DNA of 64,000 nt from Octopus bimaculoides. Lineage: Eukaryota. Below are positions 52,081 through 63,981 of this stretch, piece after piece. The stretch is from the NCBI RefSeq assembly GCF_001194135.2, contig NC_068993.1, forward strand, positions 42,898,115 to 42,962,114, in the 5' to 3' direction. The first letter of the stretch is position 1. Every line of letters starts with the position of its first letter. Under the pieces are notes generated by a model. It was not told where the DNA came from. It ran no database searches and saw only the letters and a program-made list of their open reading frames with translations. The translations under genes were made by a program, and so were the position numbers.

Positions 52081-52420
52081 AAGAGAAACAAATCGGTAAA
52101 TAGGCGAATAGATAGATAGATAAATAGATTTGTATACAAAGATGTATTTCTATACACACAAACATACGTACGTTCATATATATATATGTGTGTGTGTGTG
52201 TGTGTACGTATGTATAGAAATATATACGTACGTACGTACATATGTACTTACATTCATGCATGCATACATACATGCATACACAAATGCATACATACATGCA
52301 TGCATACATGCATACATATATACATACATACATGCATGCATACATGCATACATACATACATACATACATACATACATACATACGTACGTACATACATCAC
52401 ACACAAGAATATGTGTGCCT
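51770..52420. repeat. Compound microsatellite with a 156-bp tandem duplication
   Basis: The unique core AACAAATCGGTAAATAGGCGAATAG...CATACGTACGTTCA occurs at 51931 and 52087. Confidence 0.9.
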
Positions 52421-52564
52421 GTACATCCGTTCATGCATAATCCGATAAACAGAATAGAAGTTTTCACTGACTTGACTTTAGATCAAGCTGACCGAGTTTA
52501 GCTACTGTGGCAATCAATAGCGTGTAGCTAGGGTTCCAACTAAATGGTAAAATATCAGCTACCC

Positions 52565-52851
52565 TATTACCTTTTACTTGCTTTAGTCATTGAACTGTGG
52601 TCATGCTGGGGCACTGCCATGAAAAGTTTAGTCGAACAAATCGACGCCACTACTTATTTTTGAAGTTTGGCACTGGTTTTGTCAAACATTTTAGCTGAAC
52701 TGCTGTGTCTTAGAGATGTAAACAAACCAGCATTGGTTGACAAGTGCTGCAGTTCGACAAAAACACACACAACGATACATACATACATATACACTCACAC
52801 ACATATGTATATATACACATATGCATATATATTTATATATATATATGTATG

Positions 52852-52909
<58 letters not shown>

Positions 52910-53065
52910 AAATAAATTACTGGCTTCCACACAGTTTCCGTCTACCAAATCCACTCACAAGGCTTTGGCCAGTTCAGAGCTATACTAGAAGACACTTGTC
53001 CAAAATGCCGCGCAGTGGGATTGAACACGCATTCAGGTGGGCCAAATCTTAACCACACTACCTTA
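52565..53065 (-). mobile_element. SINE family B with internal (TA)n(GA)n
   Basis: Tail TTTTACTTGCTTTAGTCATTGAACTGTGGTCATGCTGGGGCAC; head CAGTTTCCGTCTACCAAATCCACTCACAAGGCTTTGG. Confidence 0.85.
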
Positions 53066-53349
53066 TCTGTGACTATATAAGAAGTGATTTTAAAGAAGTT
53101 AATTTCATCCGAAAGAAAAAACATTTAATTTACGTTTATTGATGTTTGATGGCTTCACTGAAATCGAAAGTTATGTAACTTGGTCAACTAATTCTACCCT
53201 CAATCAATTATTAACGTAACGCTGATATTAGTCCTTCTACAAAGCAGGCATCTATACGAGAGTTGTACATGCACCTAACACAGATATCAGCATTACTTCT
53301 TTTATTATATGACTCTGGTCGTTTGAATCACATCTCATTAACTTCTATC

Positions 53350-53602
53350 TTTTTTTTTATTTTGTTTTAGCCATTAGACTGCGGCCATGCTGGGTCATCG
53401 CCTTGAAGAATTTTATATTCAAATCAATCGACGCTAGTACTTATTTTTCAAACCTGGTATCAATTCTATCGTATTTTATCTCCCCCGTGAAGACGAAAGG
53501 CAAATCGTCCTCGGCGGAATTTGAATTTACAACAGAAAGACGAATGAAATGCCGCTAAGTATTTTGTCCGGCGTTTTAATGGTTCTGCCGGCTAGCCACC
53601 TT
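53350..53602 (-). mobile_element. Chimeric SINE: family A head joined to family B tail
   Basis: 53470-53602 is family A (GGCGGAATTTGAATTT...GAAATGCCGCTAAG); 53350-53465 is family B tail (GACTGCGGCCATGCTGGGTCATCGCCTTGAAG). Confidence 0.65.
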
Positions 53603-54422
53603 CTTATCATCTTTAATAATGAATGGAAGCTGATGTAGTGTCCATCCTTAAATGACGTGATGGTCACTTTTCAAATAGCTCATTTGGTCGATCAAGATAG
53701 GAATAAACAGAAATAACAACTTTCATATTGTGAAATCTTATATTTATGATGAACCGAAGAGAGAAAATGGCTAAATGAATGTGTGTGTATACTGAGTTAG
53801 TTAGTTGCGATAAATTCTTATCTGACATCTGGATAAAATAAATAAATGATCTGGTGATTATATAATAGATAAGAACTTGTCACAACAATACAGATTTGCT
53901 GTGAAGCTAGCATACCTTCCGTACGGTTGGTATGTTGGGAATTTAGATCTCACTATCAGTTTAATTTATCACTATCTTTGCCCAGTGACCGCTGAGTGAA
54001 GAAAAATACAATCTAACTCCAGAGAGAACCTTAAATTAATTCTTGTAATTAAAAAATAGTATTTACACTGTTTGAATTGTATATCGTTGTAATAAACATG
54101 ATAAATAGACAAGGACAAGTTAAAACATATAAACTTTAATTAATGGCAAAGTCTGTTTACACAAACTAGGAATTACAAAAGAAGTTTTATTGTTATGGGT
54201 GTTTTTTGTCGTTGTTTTAAAAGTCTCTAGAGAGATTGTGTTTCCACGTTTTTTTTTTTCTAATATTCTGCTCTTTAGAGTAAGTAATGACGATACCAAT
54301 AATATACTGTTGAGTAACTCAACAACTGCCAACCTGTAACTAAGGCAAAAGTGTAACGGGAGACGTTGTATCATGTCAGAAAACCAGGTACATGTGTTAT
54401 GGTTCGCAAGAGGAGCTTCATC

Positions 54423-56123
54423 AAATGTATCACCCTCGTGACAACGATAGACACAGAAACAATTGATTTCGAATATAGATATTGATATACATGCACACCC
54501 ATACACACATACACAAGATGCAATACAGATTTGGACTTACGGATATTTTCATGTTTGTAAACAAACTGTCTTTCCTCCCTTAAGTAGAAAAGTGGATGAC
54601 GTACGTCTTCTAAACAGATAGAAGGTATTCTGTCAAGGCTAAGACAAATAAAAACTAATCACTTAAATTAATAAAAGAGAGAGAATGAAACGATGCAACT
54701 TAGAAATGGTTGTAGGTAACATCTCAGGGAGTTGTTAAGTGAACTACTCAAAACATCGTTCAAAGGCAACAAGCCTCTGGTTAGCTAAAGTTTTGGCTTG
54801 ACTAAACTTACACACGACACTCCTGACACAAAAATATCTTCTCTGTAAGGTACGTTACTCGTGGAAAGAAGAAATATTAGTAAACTATTGAGCTTGACTA
54901 TACTCTGTAAATGTGTGACATTTTGGCAAAGTTAGATATCAATAGAGAAGCATCTAGCTTCTAAATGCATAGATGCACTGATATTTATATATGTTAGCAA
55001 TAACAGTGTATTTGAATACGTGTATATTCATGTGCACTGATGAGTGAAAGCAAAAGCGGGAAGTCGAAGCATTGATATTGTTTAAAACTTTACTCTTAAA
55101 GAAAACTGTCTTGAAGAAGAGCTGTTCCGTTACCAATAAAAAAAAATTCTTCGTGATTTATATAGAAATTACGAAAACGAATGATGCTTCGCCAAAATAC
55201 ACACTACTTTATGTACTCTATCTGTCAAACAGCCCTCACAAAAATGTCAAGGAATATTTCTACAATAACTAACACCAATCCATCGACTAGCAGCTAGCAA
55301 CAGTATTTTCGGATTGCCATTTTACGCAGCAATATATTTAATACATAGTATTATTCTGCAGCAACTTCTATCATCTATCTAACATATTTGTTGTTAGAAA
55401 TCCTTTTTTTTTCTCTTTTTTAACATATCTTTTTTTATTCGTATAAGAAAATATTGAACTCGCATCTGGAAATATGTCCCATGAGACTTCAAGAAAAAAA
55501 AACATTACTTGTTATCAAATCTCAGTCACCATGGAGACAGTTGTATTGAGCGATAGTTATAAAAGTGAGTGAGATAACACATATAAAAATACGTACATAT
55601 GAAGTTGTGGTTTTACTCCCTCCTACTGCCAATATACGGAAGCTGTTTCGTCTTTCTTATTTATTGCAGTTGATACACTATTTTCTTCTACCCTCTCGAA
55701 TACGCATTCGTCAATACACACATAGACATATATACACACACAGAAACACACACATTCACACACATATATATATACGTACGTATATATAGTTATTCTTAAC
55801 ATGAGACGAGATATAACATGAGATACGTGTGTATGAGAACGTCTAAGTGCGCCTCTGCAATGATGTGCATGTGTGTGTATTTATGTCTTTATGCATTAGT
55901 ATGATCTGTATGCGCCGTGCACTACTGTATGCCTATGTATATGCACGCATGTGTGATACTGTATGTATATGTATGTGAGACAGTGTATGTATGTGTAAGT
56001 CTGTGTGTGTGTGTTGTGTGTGCATGCGTATATATGTATGGGTGTGCGTGTATATCGATATCTATGTTCGAAATCAATGTTTCTGTTTCTTTATTCTATC
56101 GTTGCCAGGAGGGAGATATATTT
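54423..56123. repeat. Long-range inverted repeat: arms 54423-54504 and 56036-56123, about 1.5 kb apart
   Basis: The left arm's reverse complement aligns to the right arm with about 7 substitutions and two indels; both arms translate as MYGCACISIS.FEIN in the ORF track. Confidence 0.8.
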
Positions 56124-57044
56124 CCTAAACAATGTAGTTTCTCTTGCGAACCATCACTTATAAGTGGAAAGATATATATTTTGTGAAGCGGTGAAGGGTT
56201 GGATGGGGAAGACGGGAACGGGTGATTCTTAAAATGAAAATATTGCATGCTTCCGGGAAGACTAGAAAGAAATTTGAGGAGTTGAGTGTCAACTTCTGGA
56301 TTCTCATCTTAAAATAGGAAGATCATTGGAATATGAAGAAGAAATATATATACATACATGCATGCATATATACATATATATATATATATATANNNNNNNN
56401 NNNNNNNNNNNNNNNNNNNNNNNNNNNNNNNNNNNNNNNNNNNNNNNNNNNNNNNNNNNNNNNNNNNNNNNNNNNNNNNNNNNNNNNNNNNNNNNNNNNN
56501 NNNNNNNNNNNNNNNNNNNNNNNNNNNNNNNNNNNNNNNNNNNNNNNNNNNNNNNNNNNNNNNNNNNNNNNNNNNNNNNNNNNNNNNNNNNNNNNNNNNN
56601 NNNNNNNNNNNNNNNNNNNNNNNNNNNNNNNNNNNNNNNNNNNNNNNNNNNNNNNNNNNNNNNNNNNNNNNTTATTAAGGTAGCTTTTTATTTGCTACAT
56701 TCATTGCAAAGAAAAAAAATTCGCTTCCTTAAGCCATAACAAGTTTGAAGTAGCAGATTAAGAAAATATAAAATGTTAAGGTCCATGAAGTTCCGGGGCA
56801 ATGAATAATACTGGCAAAATGAAGGGAAATATATATATATACATATCTATATATTAGTAATTTATACTAAATCATGAAAATACGAAATTTTCCATTGTCG
56901 CCATTATAGAGTTGTATAATATGATGAGTTTTGTCAATCACGAAATATCTCAGAGGTTCGATATTTTTGTTCATCTTGCAAAGGATATATATTTTCAGTG
57001 GAAGAAAATAGTCAGCGTCAACGCCAGCTTCAGAAGCTAGTTGG

Positions 57045-57260
57045 TATTTATACTGGTTTCAGATTTTGCACAAAGCCTGCAATTTCGTAGCGTGCAGTAA
57101 GTCGGTTACATGGCTCAACTAGGACTTATTTTATTAACACCGAAAGGATGAAAGGCAAAGTCGAGCCCGGCGGCATTTGAACTCAGAATGTAAAGACGGA
57201 CGAAATGCTGCTAAGCAATTTGCCCGAAGTCCAAACAATTTTGCCACTTTACCGCCTTAA
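57045..57260 (-). mobile_element. SINE family A
   Basis: CCGAAAGGATGAAAGGCAAAGTCGAGCCCGGCGGCATTTGAACTCAGAATG...ACCGCCTTAA. Confidence 0.85.
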
Positions 57261-57425
57261 TTCATCTTTATATTAATGACCCTCGATAGATGAAAGATAC
57301 AGTCGACTATGGTTGGATTTGAACCTACAAACATGATGATAGTTGTTCTATATTTAAGAGATGAGGAATTATGAACAGTATTTACATTATTTAAGACATG
57401 AGGAATTATGTACATTATTTACATA

Positions 57426-57689
57426 AGGGTGGAGGAACATCGCAAAGCTGTGGCACGGGGAGATGTTGATAAATCGGATATAGCTGATCATGTATGAAAA
57501 AATGGAGACCACCTCCCCTTGTGGGATGAAGTTAAAATAATAGCCAGAGAACACCTCTGGAAAATACGAAAACTAAAAGAAGCAGCACATATGCTAGGAC
57601 ACAACAACCTCCTAAGCAGACCAAGTGCAGATATGAACAGCATATGGGAACCGGTATTAAGGAAGGATAGGAAAATATTAGATTTATAA
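57426..57689 (+). pseudogene. Penelope-like GIY-YIG endonuclease, C-terminal 87 codons (one in-frame TGA at 57495)
   Basis: RVEEHRKAVARGDVDKSDIADHV*KNGDHLPLWDEVKIIAREHLWKIRKLKEAAHMLGHNNLLSRPSADMNSIWEPVLRK matches the PLE EN pattern RxxEH...SxIAxH...H...W...R...E. Confidence 0.85.
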
Positions 57690-57718
57690 GCCTCAAAACT
57701 CACACCATAATTGCCCAA

Positions 57719-57791
57719 GGACATATGGTGTAGTGGTTAAGAGCGCGGGCTACTATCTCCAAGATTACGAGTTCGATTCCAGGCAATGACC
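57719..57791 (+). promoter_or_regulatory. tRNA-like Pol III type-2 promoter inside the Penelope pseudo-LTR (not a functional tRNA)
   Basis: A-box TGGTGTAGTGG (57726-36) and B-box GAGTTCGATTCC (57769-80); acceptor and anticodon stems are imperfect. Confidence 0.7.
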
Positions 57792-57859
57792 TGAATAATA
57801 ATAACAACAACATCGAAAAATACCTTAGGAATGAGAACCCAGGTTCGAAATGTCCCCAA

Positions 57860-57905
57860 AACACTTGATGATGGCTGGAGGGTATAGCAGCTGAAACGTT
57901 GTGTT
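57860..57905 (+). ncRNA. Type I hammerhead ribozyme motif (palindromic helix III; core position 3 is T instead of C)
   Basis: Stem I AACAC/GTGTT, core TTGATGA, stem II GGCTG/CAGCT with a 10-nt loop, GAAA, palindromic ACGT, cleavage triplet GTT. Confidence 0.7.
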
Positions 57906-57974
57906 AACAACAAGCAAACTGAAGACAAATATCCGTACAAATGTAAATAATGTATGATGATAGCTGTATACCAT

Positions 57975-58140
57975 TAGTTGAATCATATCCTTACTGTTAT
58001 TGTGGTAATAGTGGAGGTGGAGTTGTTAGTGAAGACGGGAGTGGTGGGGCGTCAAGGGTGATAGGGTGGTGGTGTTTGTGGTGGTGTTTGTGGTGATGGG
58101 CTTGAAGGTGGTAGTGGTGGTTGATGTGATAGTAGTATTG
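57975..58140. repeat. Degenerate (GGT)n tract
   Basis: Visible trinucleotide-derived low complexity. Confidence 0.8.
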
Positions 58141-58711
58141 CTGCATATAGCTCCATATCAGCCCTGATTATTCAAACATATAGAGAAAGGTGTTCCATTC
58201 GTGACCATTAAGTCTCATTACACATCGATCTCTACAAAGTTTTCGATACATCATGTGTTACGTAAGACAGCAGCGTTTGATCTAACGAATATTTGGCTGG
58301 TATTTCTACCAAGTCAAGCGACCACAAGGAGATTCCCACGATGCTATAGTGCCGACCATCCCTTCTGATTATCTTCTTTTAGCCACTAGAATATTCTCCT
58401 GACATTAATAGACATTCTTCAATAACTCATAAGCTTTTATTATCTCCTTATTTATTATGATTTCAACTGCATAATTCTAAGATTGAACAGTAGTCACAGA
58501 CTGAAGTTAAGAAGTTCGCTTCGCAACCACATTGGTTTCGAGATCAGTGCAAGTGCGCGGCACCTTTGCCAAATATTTTATCCTTTAGCCCCGGCCACCC
58601 AATGCATTGTGATTAAATTTGGTAGGCGAAAAATGTACGGAAGCAACTGTAAGCCAAATTTGCTCCAATAAAGGGAAAATATGCAATGACCATTATTTTT
58701 AATGCGTGTGC

Positions 58712-58777
<66 letters not shown>

Positions 58778-58787
58778 NNNNNNNNNN

Positions 58788-58824
<37 letters not shown>

Positions 58825-59029
58825 GTGTGAGTGTGTTTGTGTGTGTGTGATGGACTCTCATTGAAGACGCCGAATGAGCATCCAGACTTTTGTCAGACGA
58901 TCTGCAGAAATGATTTGTTTATAATGGAAAAGAGTTTGTGCAGTACATTATCTCACTCCCTCCACCAAATTGAGTTGTCTGAACAGGTGAACGGTGTACT
59001 ACACGTCAGTTGACGAAATGATGGCAGAG

Positions 59030-59140
59030 CAATGAGATGAAGTGCTTTGCACAAGAACACAACGCACCATCCGGTCTAGGAATTGAAACCACGATCTCGC
59101 GATCGTGAGTGCAACACCCTAACCACTTGGCTATGCGTTA
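59030..59140 (-). mobile_element. SINE family C-like head
   Basis: GAAGTGCTTTGCACAAGAACACAACG...GAATTGAAACCACG...CCCTAACCACTTGGCTATGCG. Confidence 0.7.
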
Positions 59141-59681
59141 ATATTTAGCAGAAGCAACAGAGTGACACGAGAGCCGAGAGTTTCGTGCGTTGGCACCTAT
59201 ACTTTCATAATTGCCAACACACTTGACAACAGTGCTGATTTGTTTACGTCCTCGTAAACTAACGATAGACTAAGTACCATCTTTAAAAAAACCCCATAAA
59301 ACATAAGTACTTTCCAAAAGGAAAAAGACTTGCAAGCTAGTGGCCCAGCATAGCCGCAGCCCAATGATAGAAAGTGGTAAAAGATAAAAATANNNNNNNN
59401 NNNNNNNNNNNNNNNNNNNNNNNNNNNNNNNNNNNNNNNNNNNNNNNNNNNNNNNNNNNNNNNNNNNNNNNNNNNNNNNNNNNNNNNNNNNNNNNNNNNN
59501 NNNNNNNNNNNNNNNNNNNNNNNNNNNNNNNNNNNNNNNNNNNNNNNNNNNNNNNNNNNNNNNNNNNNNNNNNNNNNNNNNNNNNNNNNNNNNNNNNNNN
59601 NNNNNNNNNNNNNNNNNNNNNNNNNNNNNNNNNNNNNNNNNNNNNNNNNNNNNNNNNNNNNNNNNNNNNNNNNNNNNNNNN

Positions 59682-59812
59682 NTCTCTCTCTCTCTCTCTC
59701 TCTTTCTGTCCCTATGTCTCTTCCTCACTCACTCTCCCTTTCTCTGTCTCCCTTCTCTCTATATATCCTGTCTCTCTTCCTTCGCTCTCTCTGCACCTCT
59801 GTTTCTCCATCA

Positions 59813-59870
<58 letters not shown>

Positions 59871-60190
59871 TCTCTCTCCCTCGCTTTCTCTCTTTCTCTC
59901 ACACCTTTCCCTGTCTTTTCCTATCTCTCTCTCTGTCTCTCTCCGTTTCTCTTTTCTTTTCCTCTCTTTCTCTCTCTCTGTCTCTCTCCGTTTCTCTTTT
60001 CTTTTCCTCTCTTTCTCTTTCTCTTTCTCTCTCTCTCTCTGCGCCTCTGTTTCTCCTATCCCTCTCATTTCCGCTATCCTTCCCTCTCTATCTCCCTTCA
60101 CTCTCTCTTTCCTTTTCCCTTCCTCTCCACCCTGTGTCCCTTCTCCCCCAATCACTCCCCACTTCCTCCTACTCTCACCTTCTCTCTTTA
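59682..60190. repeat. (CT)n-rich polypyrimidine tract after gap 59393-59681
   Basis: Visible; explains the RE-rich and LS-rich ORFs at 59712-60193. Confidence 0.95.
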
Positions 60191-60419
60191 TAAAGTATGG
60201 ATACTTGATACGTTGACATTTTTACCTATTCCTCATAGCAAATACATTGACTTAAGATTGGTTTTTATAAATTTCTTTCATTAAAAAATATTTAATGTAT
60301 TCTGTTGGCAGTTCAAATTTGCATTACCTTTTTCTTTCTTTTTTCGTTGTTTCTTTTTTCTTTGTCATTTCTTGTAATGAAAAGAGATCGATCAATGGGG
60401 CTTTAGTAGAATATTATAC

Positions 60420-60830
60420 ACTGTTGACCTGTAAATAAACGAAATGGACCTTCGCCAGCTTCGACGATGAGTATTTCAATTGTTCGATCAATCAAACCAT
60501 CTACTCTTTGAATTCAGTGGATGGGATTCCATCCATTGAATGCGCATACATTTTTACTGTGGATTCCATCCACACACGCGCATACATTTTTTACTCGTAG
60601 CATGACATCCAGAACAGTGACACAATGTGCCACAAATGCAACCCTTTGAATTAGATGCACAATCCATTGAAAGACTCCCAAATAATTTTCCCATTAATCG
60701 AATTTTCATCACAAGGCTTCATGAGACGAAGTAAAAGTCACGAGCCCAAGATGAGTCACATATACGGATCGAATTTGCGATCTCAAAATGCTGAAGCTAT
60801 TCTCCTAACCACTCAGTCATGCTAACATTA
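60420..60830 (-). mobile_element. Old SINE related to family D, degraded
   Basis: TTCGACGATGAG...TTCGATCAATC and GTGACACAATGTG...CCCTTTGAATTA align loosely with 14095-14235; tRNA-like head at about 60765-60830. Confidence 0.5.
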
Positions 60831-61338
60831 AGTTAATTTGTTTCTGAACAACAGCGGGTAAGACACTATTGTGTTTAGATCTCACACGAAGTATTATACA
60901 GAGCAACATATAAAAGAAAACCTCGTTTCAAAATATTTCATTCACCTCCGATTTACAAACATCTAAATATTTTTTCTTTCTGTTTTGTTTTTTCTCGTAA
61001 ATTTATTTATTGTCTCTCTTTCACATTCTCTGTTCCCGACTTTCTCCCTTTCTTCAACACTTACACGCGCAATTTCACGTGCGAACGAACCTCCGTAGAA
61101 CCAGCTGATCCGCTGGAAACAGGAACTAAATATCTCTTAGATTTCATTCTACCTTCATAACGAATAGAAAACATTGAACTTACGCAGTCTTAGATAGTCT
61201 ATACCCGAGCAACGAGCAATCTGAGCAATGTTAGGATGGGTACAACTGCAACGCCTCTACCAGAGAACAGATCAAAAGTTTTACACGTATACTTTCGTGC
61301 ATATACACACACATACAAGCGAACACATACACATATAA

Positions 61339-61405
<67 letters not shown>

Positions 61406-61452
61406 CAATTAAATTAGGCAGCTGTTTAGCAATGTATCACCAAAAAGGAAAA

Positions 61453-61634
61453 CTATAATTGTCATTAAATATGGCAGAGGGTGTTAGAACACCTACAATG
61501 CTAGAAATAAGTGCTTTGATGCTGCAGTCAACGGACGCAATTGTATGCATACATACTGACAGCGACCGTAAACGGCCAATTTCTAGCACTGTAGGTGTTC
61601 CAACACCCTCTGTCATATTTAATGACAATTATAG
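61453..61634. mobile_element. MITE-like fold-back element: 56-bp inverted arms (3 mismatches) and 70-bp spacer
   Basis: Arms 61453-61508 and 61579-61634; TA at 61454-55 and 61632-33 is compatible with a TA target-site duplication. Confidence 0.85.
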
Positions 61635-62555
61635 AGCGTTTATGTGTGTGTTCGTACGTGTTTGTGTGTTTGTGTGTGTGTAAGTGTGTGGGGGTGTAAT
61701 ATTAAGAGACACACACACAAACATACATGTGTGTGTGTTTGTGTGTGAGATTCAAAATTTGCGACGAAAATAACAGCCCAGTAAAGGGTAAAAAGTGCAA
61801 TTATGAATTTGACACGCGTGAAATATTTAGAAAGCGAATTGACATTTCGAGCTTAAGCTCTCCTTCATTTTATCAGATCGACAGAAGGAGTGAGGTTCGG
61901 GAGTAAGAGAAAAATACAGAGAATAATTCGTTTAGTACTATGTTTTAGAGTACAGAACTATTGTAGGAACTGTATGATTCGTCTGAGTATTCCCAGCCAA
62001 GAATAAATATTTATTACTAGCAGAAATACCCGTCGTAGACAGGGTTCAGAAGGAGTCTTCAAAAATTATACCCTGATTTATGAAAGTTACTGCTTCGATA
62101 TTATTGAATGTTTTGTAGCGGAATATCCTCAAGCTCTGATTTCCAGGTTTCGACCCAAAAAGTTATAATATTTTACTAATGGGTCTGCTGATAATCAGAC
62201 TCTTCAGCTCTTTTTCTCTTCTTACGCTGTGATTGCTTAGGTAGTCCAAATCTAATTTTGTTTCGGAGGCATTTTAGTAGGTTGAATTAATCAATAAGGC
62301 AGAGTACTTAACTCATGTTAGCAAACTTACGGATTTCAGCGACGTGAAAATTGGTAAAAGTTATGGTTGTCAATCTATTTTTACCGCTATCCAGGGGTGT
62401 CTCGGGGAAAATAAGTTGACAAAAGCACAGCCATGGTCGTGGCCAATGTTCTCCTAAAATTGGATCGACATGCGTGCTAACTTGTGGACGTGTATAAAGT
62501 ACATTCACGTACACACGCACACACATACACACACTCATCCTGCCTTTTACATATA

Positions 62556-62625
<70 letters not shown>

Positions 62626-63789
62626 AATACATGTATAGATACATGTAATATATACATCTACTTAAACATATGCATATATATATATATATATATATACCTA
62701 AAGTACATATGTGGAGATATATTTATATATTTTTTGAGATACTCTGAAAGGTATTTTTATAGCTAGAGAGATAAAGATTTTATTATGCACTTGTGTATGT
62801 GTATGTGTGCGTATGTGTGTGTTTGTGTGTAGCCAATGAAATATATTTCAGCGATAAAATATCTATATATGGTGCGCATGACTCTACTTACAAATGTTAA
62901 TGAAGTTAGCTCTATCTGTGAATTGATTTATTAACTGAATGCTGAATTATCTCCCAAGAAAGCAACACTCACGAATCTAAATTATGAGCTCATTTAGTGA
63001 ACTACAGTCCTTATACCGCTTCTCTCCTTCATATTTATCATCCTTCCGTCTACCACCATTTCAGTATAATTCTACTGCACGCTTCCCTCGTCGAGTTCAG
63101 TTTGTATTTTGGACGAAACATAACTGACTTTGATTGAAATTAATCGTAAATTATTAATTTTATTTCAGTATTTATTTGCAAAGTAAAAATCTTTTGTGTA
63201 GTTTTTGATGAATCTCTGCTGTTTGGTACATAATAACGCCTTTGTGTTGCCATAGAATGCTAGCTTTGAATAAATTCGTATTAATGATACGCTGAAGCTT
63301 TGAAAAAAATCACCACAATATTTTTATGCTACATCGTTGAATTGAAAAACATTTTTATAGACCATCAATGAATCAGCATCTATGTTAGTCACTATTATCA
63401 AGGAAAACTTATTTATTACATTTTTTTATATATGTGTACATATATTTTTGTTCTTGTTTTTCTTAGAGAAGTGATTACATTTATGAACTTGCAACATCTG
63501 ACCTAAGGCCTTGGTCGGTGACTTATAGAGCTGCTTTGGCGCTACAATACACAACTCCATCGGAACAAAGTCAAGTAAGAGAACAATCTAGTAGTTAATT
63601 AGGAGAGAAACTGGCTTTTATCCATTCAAACGTAGTAGTAAACAATACAAAATGTAAAACAAAACAATAGCTGTATACATATGTACGCGTGTTTATATGT
63701 GTGTGAATGTACAACAGAAGCTGCTCATTATAATCATGGACAATGTTACCAACCGGTTATTGTTATCTGAAGCCTTCGTCCTTAAAAAT

Positions 63790-63941
63790 TCACGCGGTAA
63801 GAAGCTTGCTTCCCAACTACATAGCTCAGAATTCAGTCCCGCTGCGTGGCACCTTGGATGAGTATGTTCGAATAAAGCCTCGGACCGATCAAAGCCTTGT
63901 GAGTGGATTTGGTAGATGGAAATTGAAAGAAGCCCGTCGTA

Positions 63942-63980
<39 letters not shown>
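63790..63980 (+). mobile_element. SINE family B 5' half running into (TA)n
   Basis: GCGGTAAGAAGCTTGCTTCCCAAC...GCGTGGCACCTTGG...GTGAGTGGATTTGGTAGATGGAAATTGAAAGAAGCCCGTCGT. Confidence 0.85.

Positions 63981-63981
<1 letters not shown>

Larger units (their letters stand above)
57340..57954 (+). mobile_element. 5'-truncated Penelope-like retroelement (GIY-YIG C-terminus plus pseudo-LTR) with an inverted terminal piece
   Basis: Coding remnant 57426-57689; 3' region with tRNA-like and hammerhead motifs; TACATTATTTACAT (57411-57424) is the exact reverse complement of ATGTAAATAATGTA (57941-57954). Confidence 0.8.

Noticed and set aside
57495-57497. In-frame TGA in the GIY-YIG remnant as selenocysteine (as in Naiad-clade PLEs)
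   Set aside because: It falls where Trp is expected (ADHV-W), so a TGG-to-TGA decay mutation is simpler; I could not identify a SECIS. The family consensus would settle it.
57719-57791. Functional tRNA gene (also considered at 14360-14436 and 18094-18165)
   Set aside because: Acceptor and anticodon stems are mismatched and each is fused to a mobile-element body.
59712-60193. 147-aa Arg/Glu-rich and 159-aa Leu/Ser-rich ORFs
   Set aside because: Products of a (CT)n/(GA)n tract.
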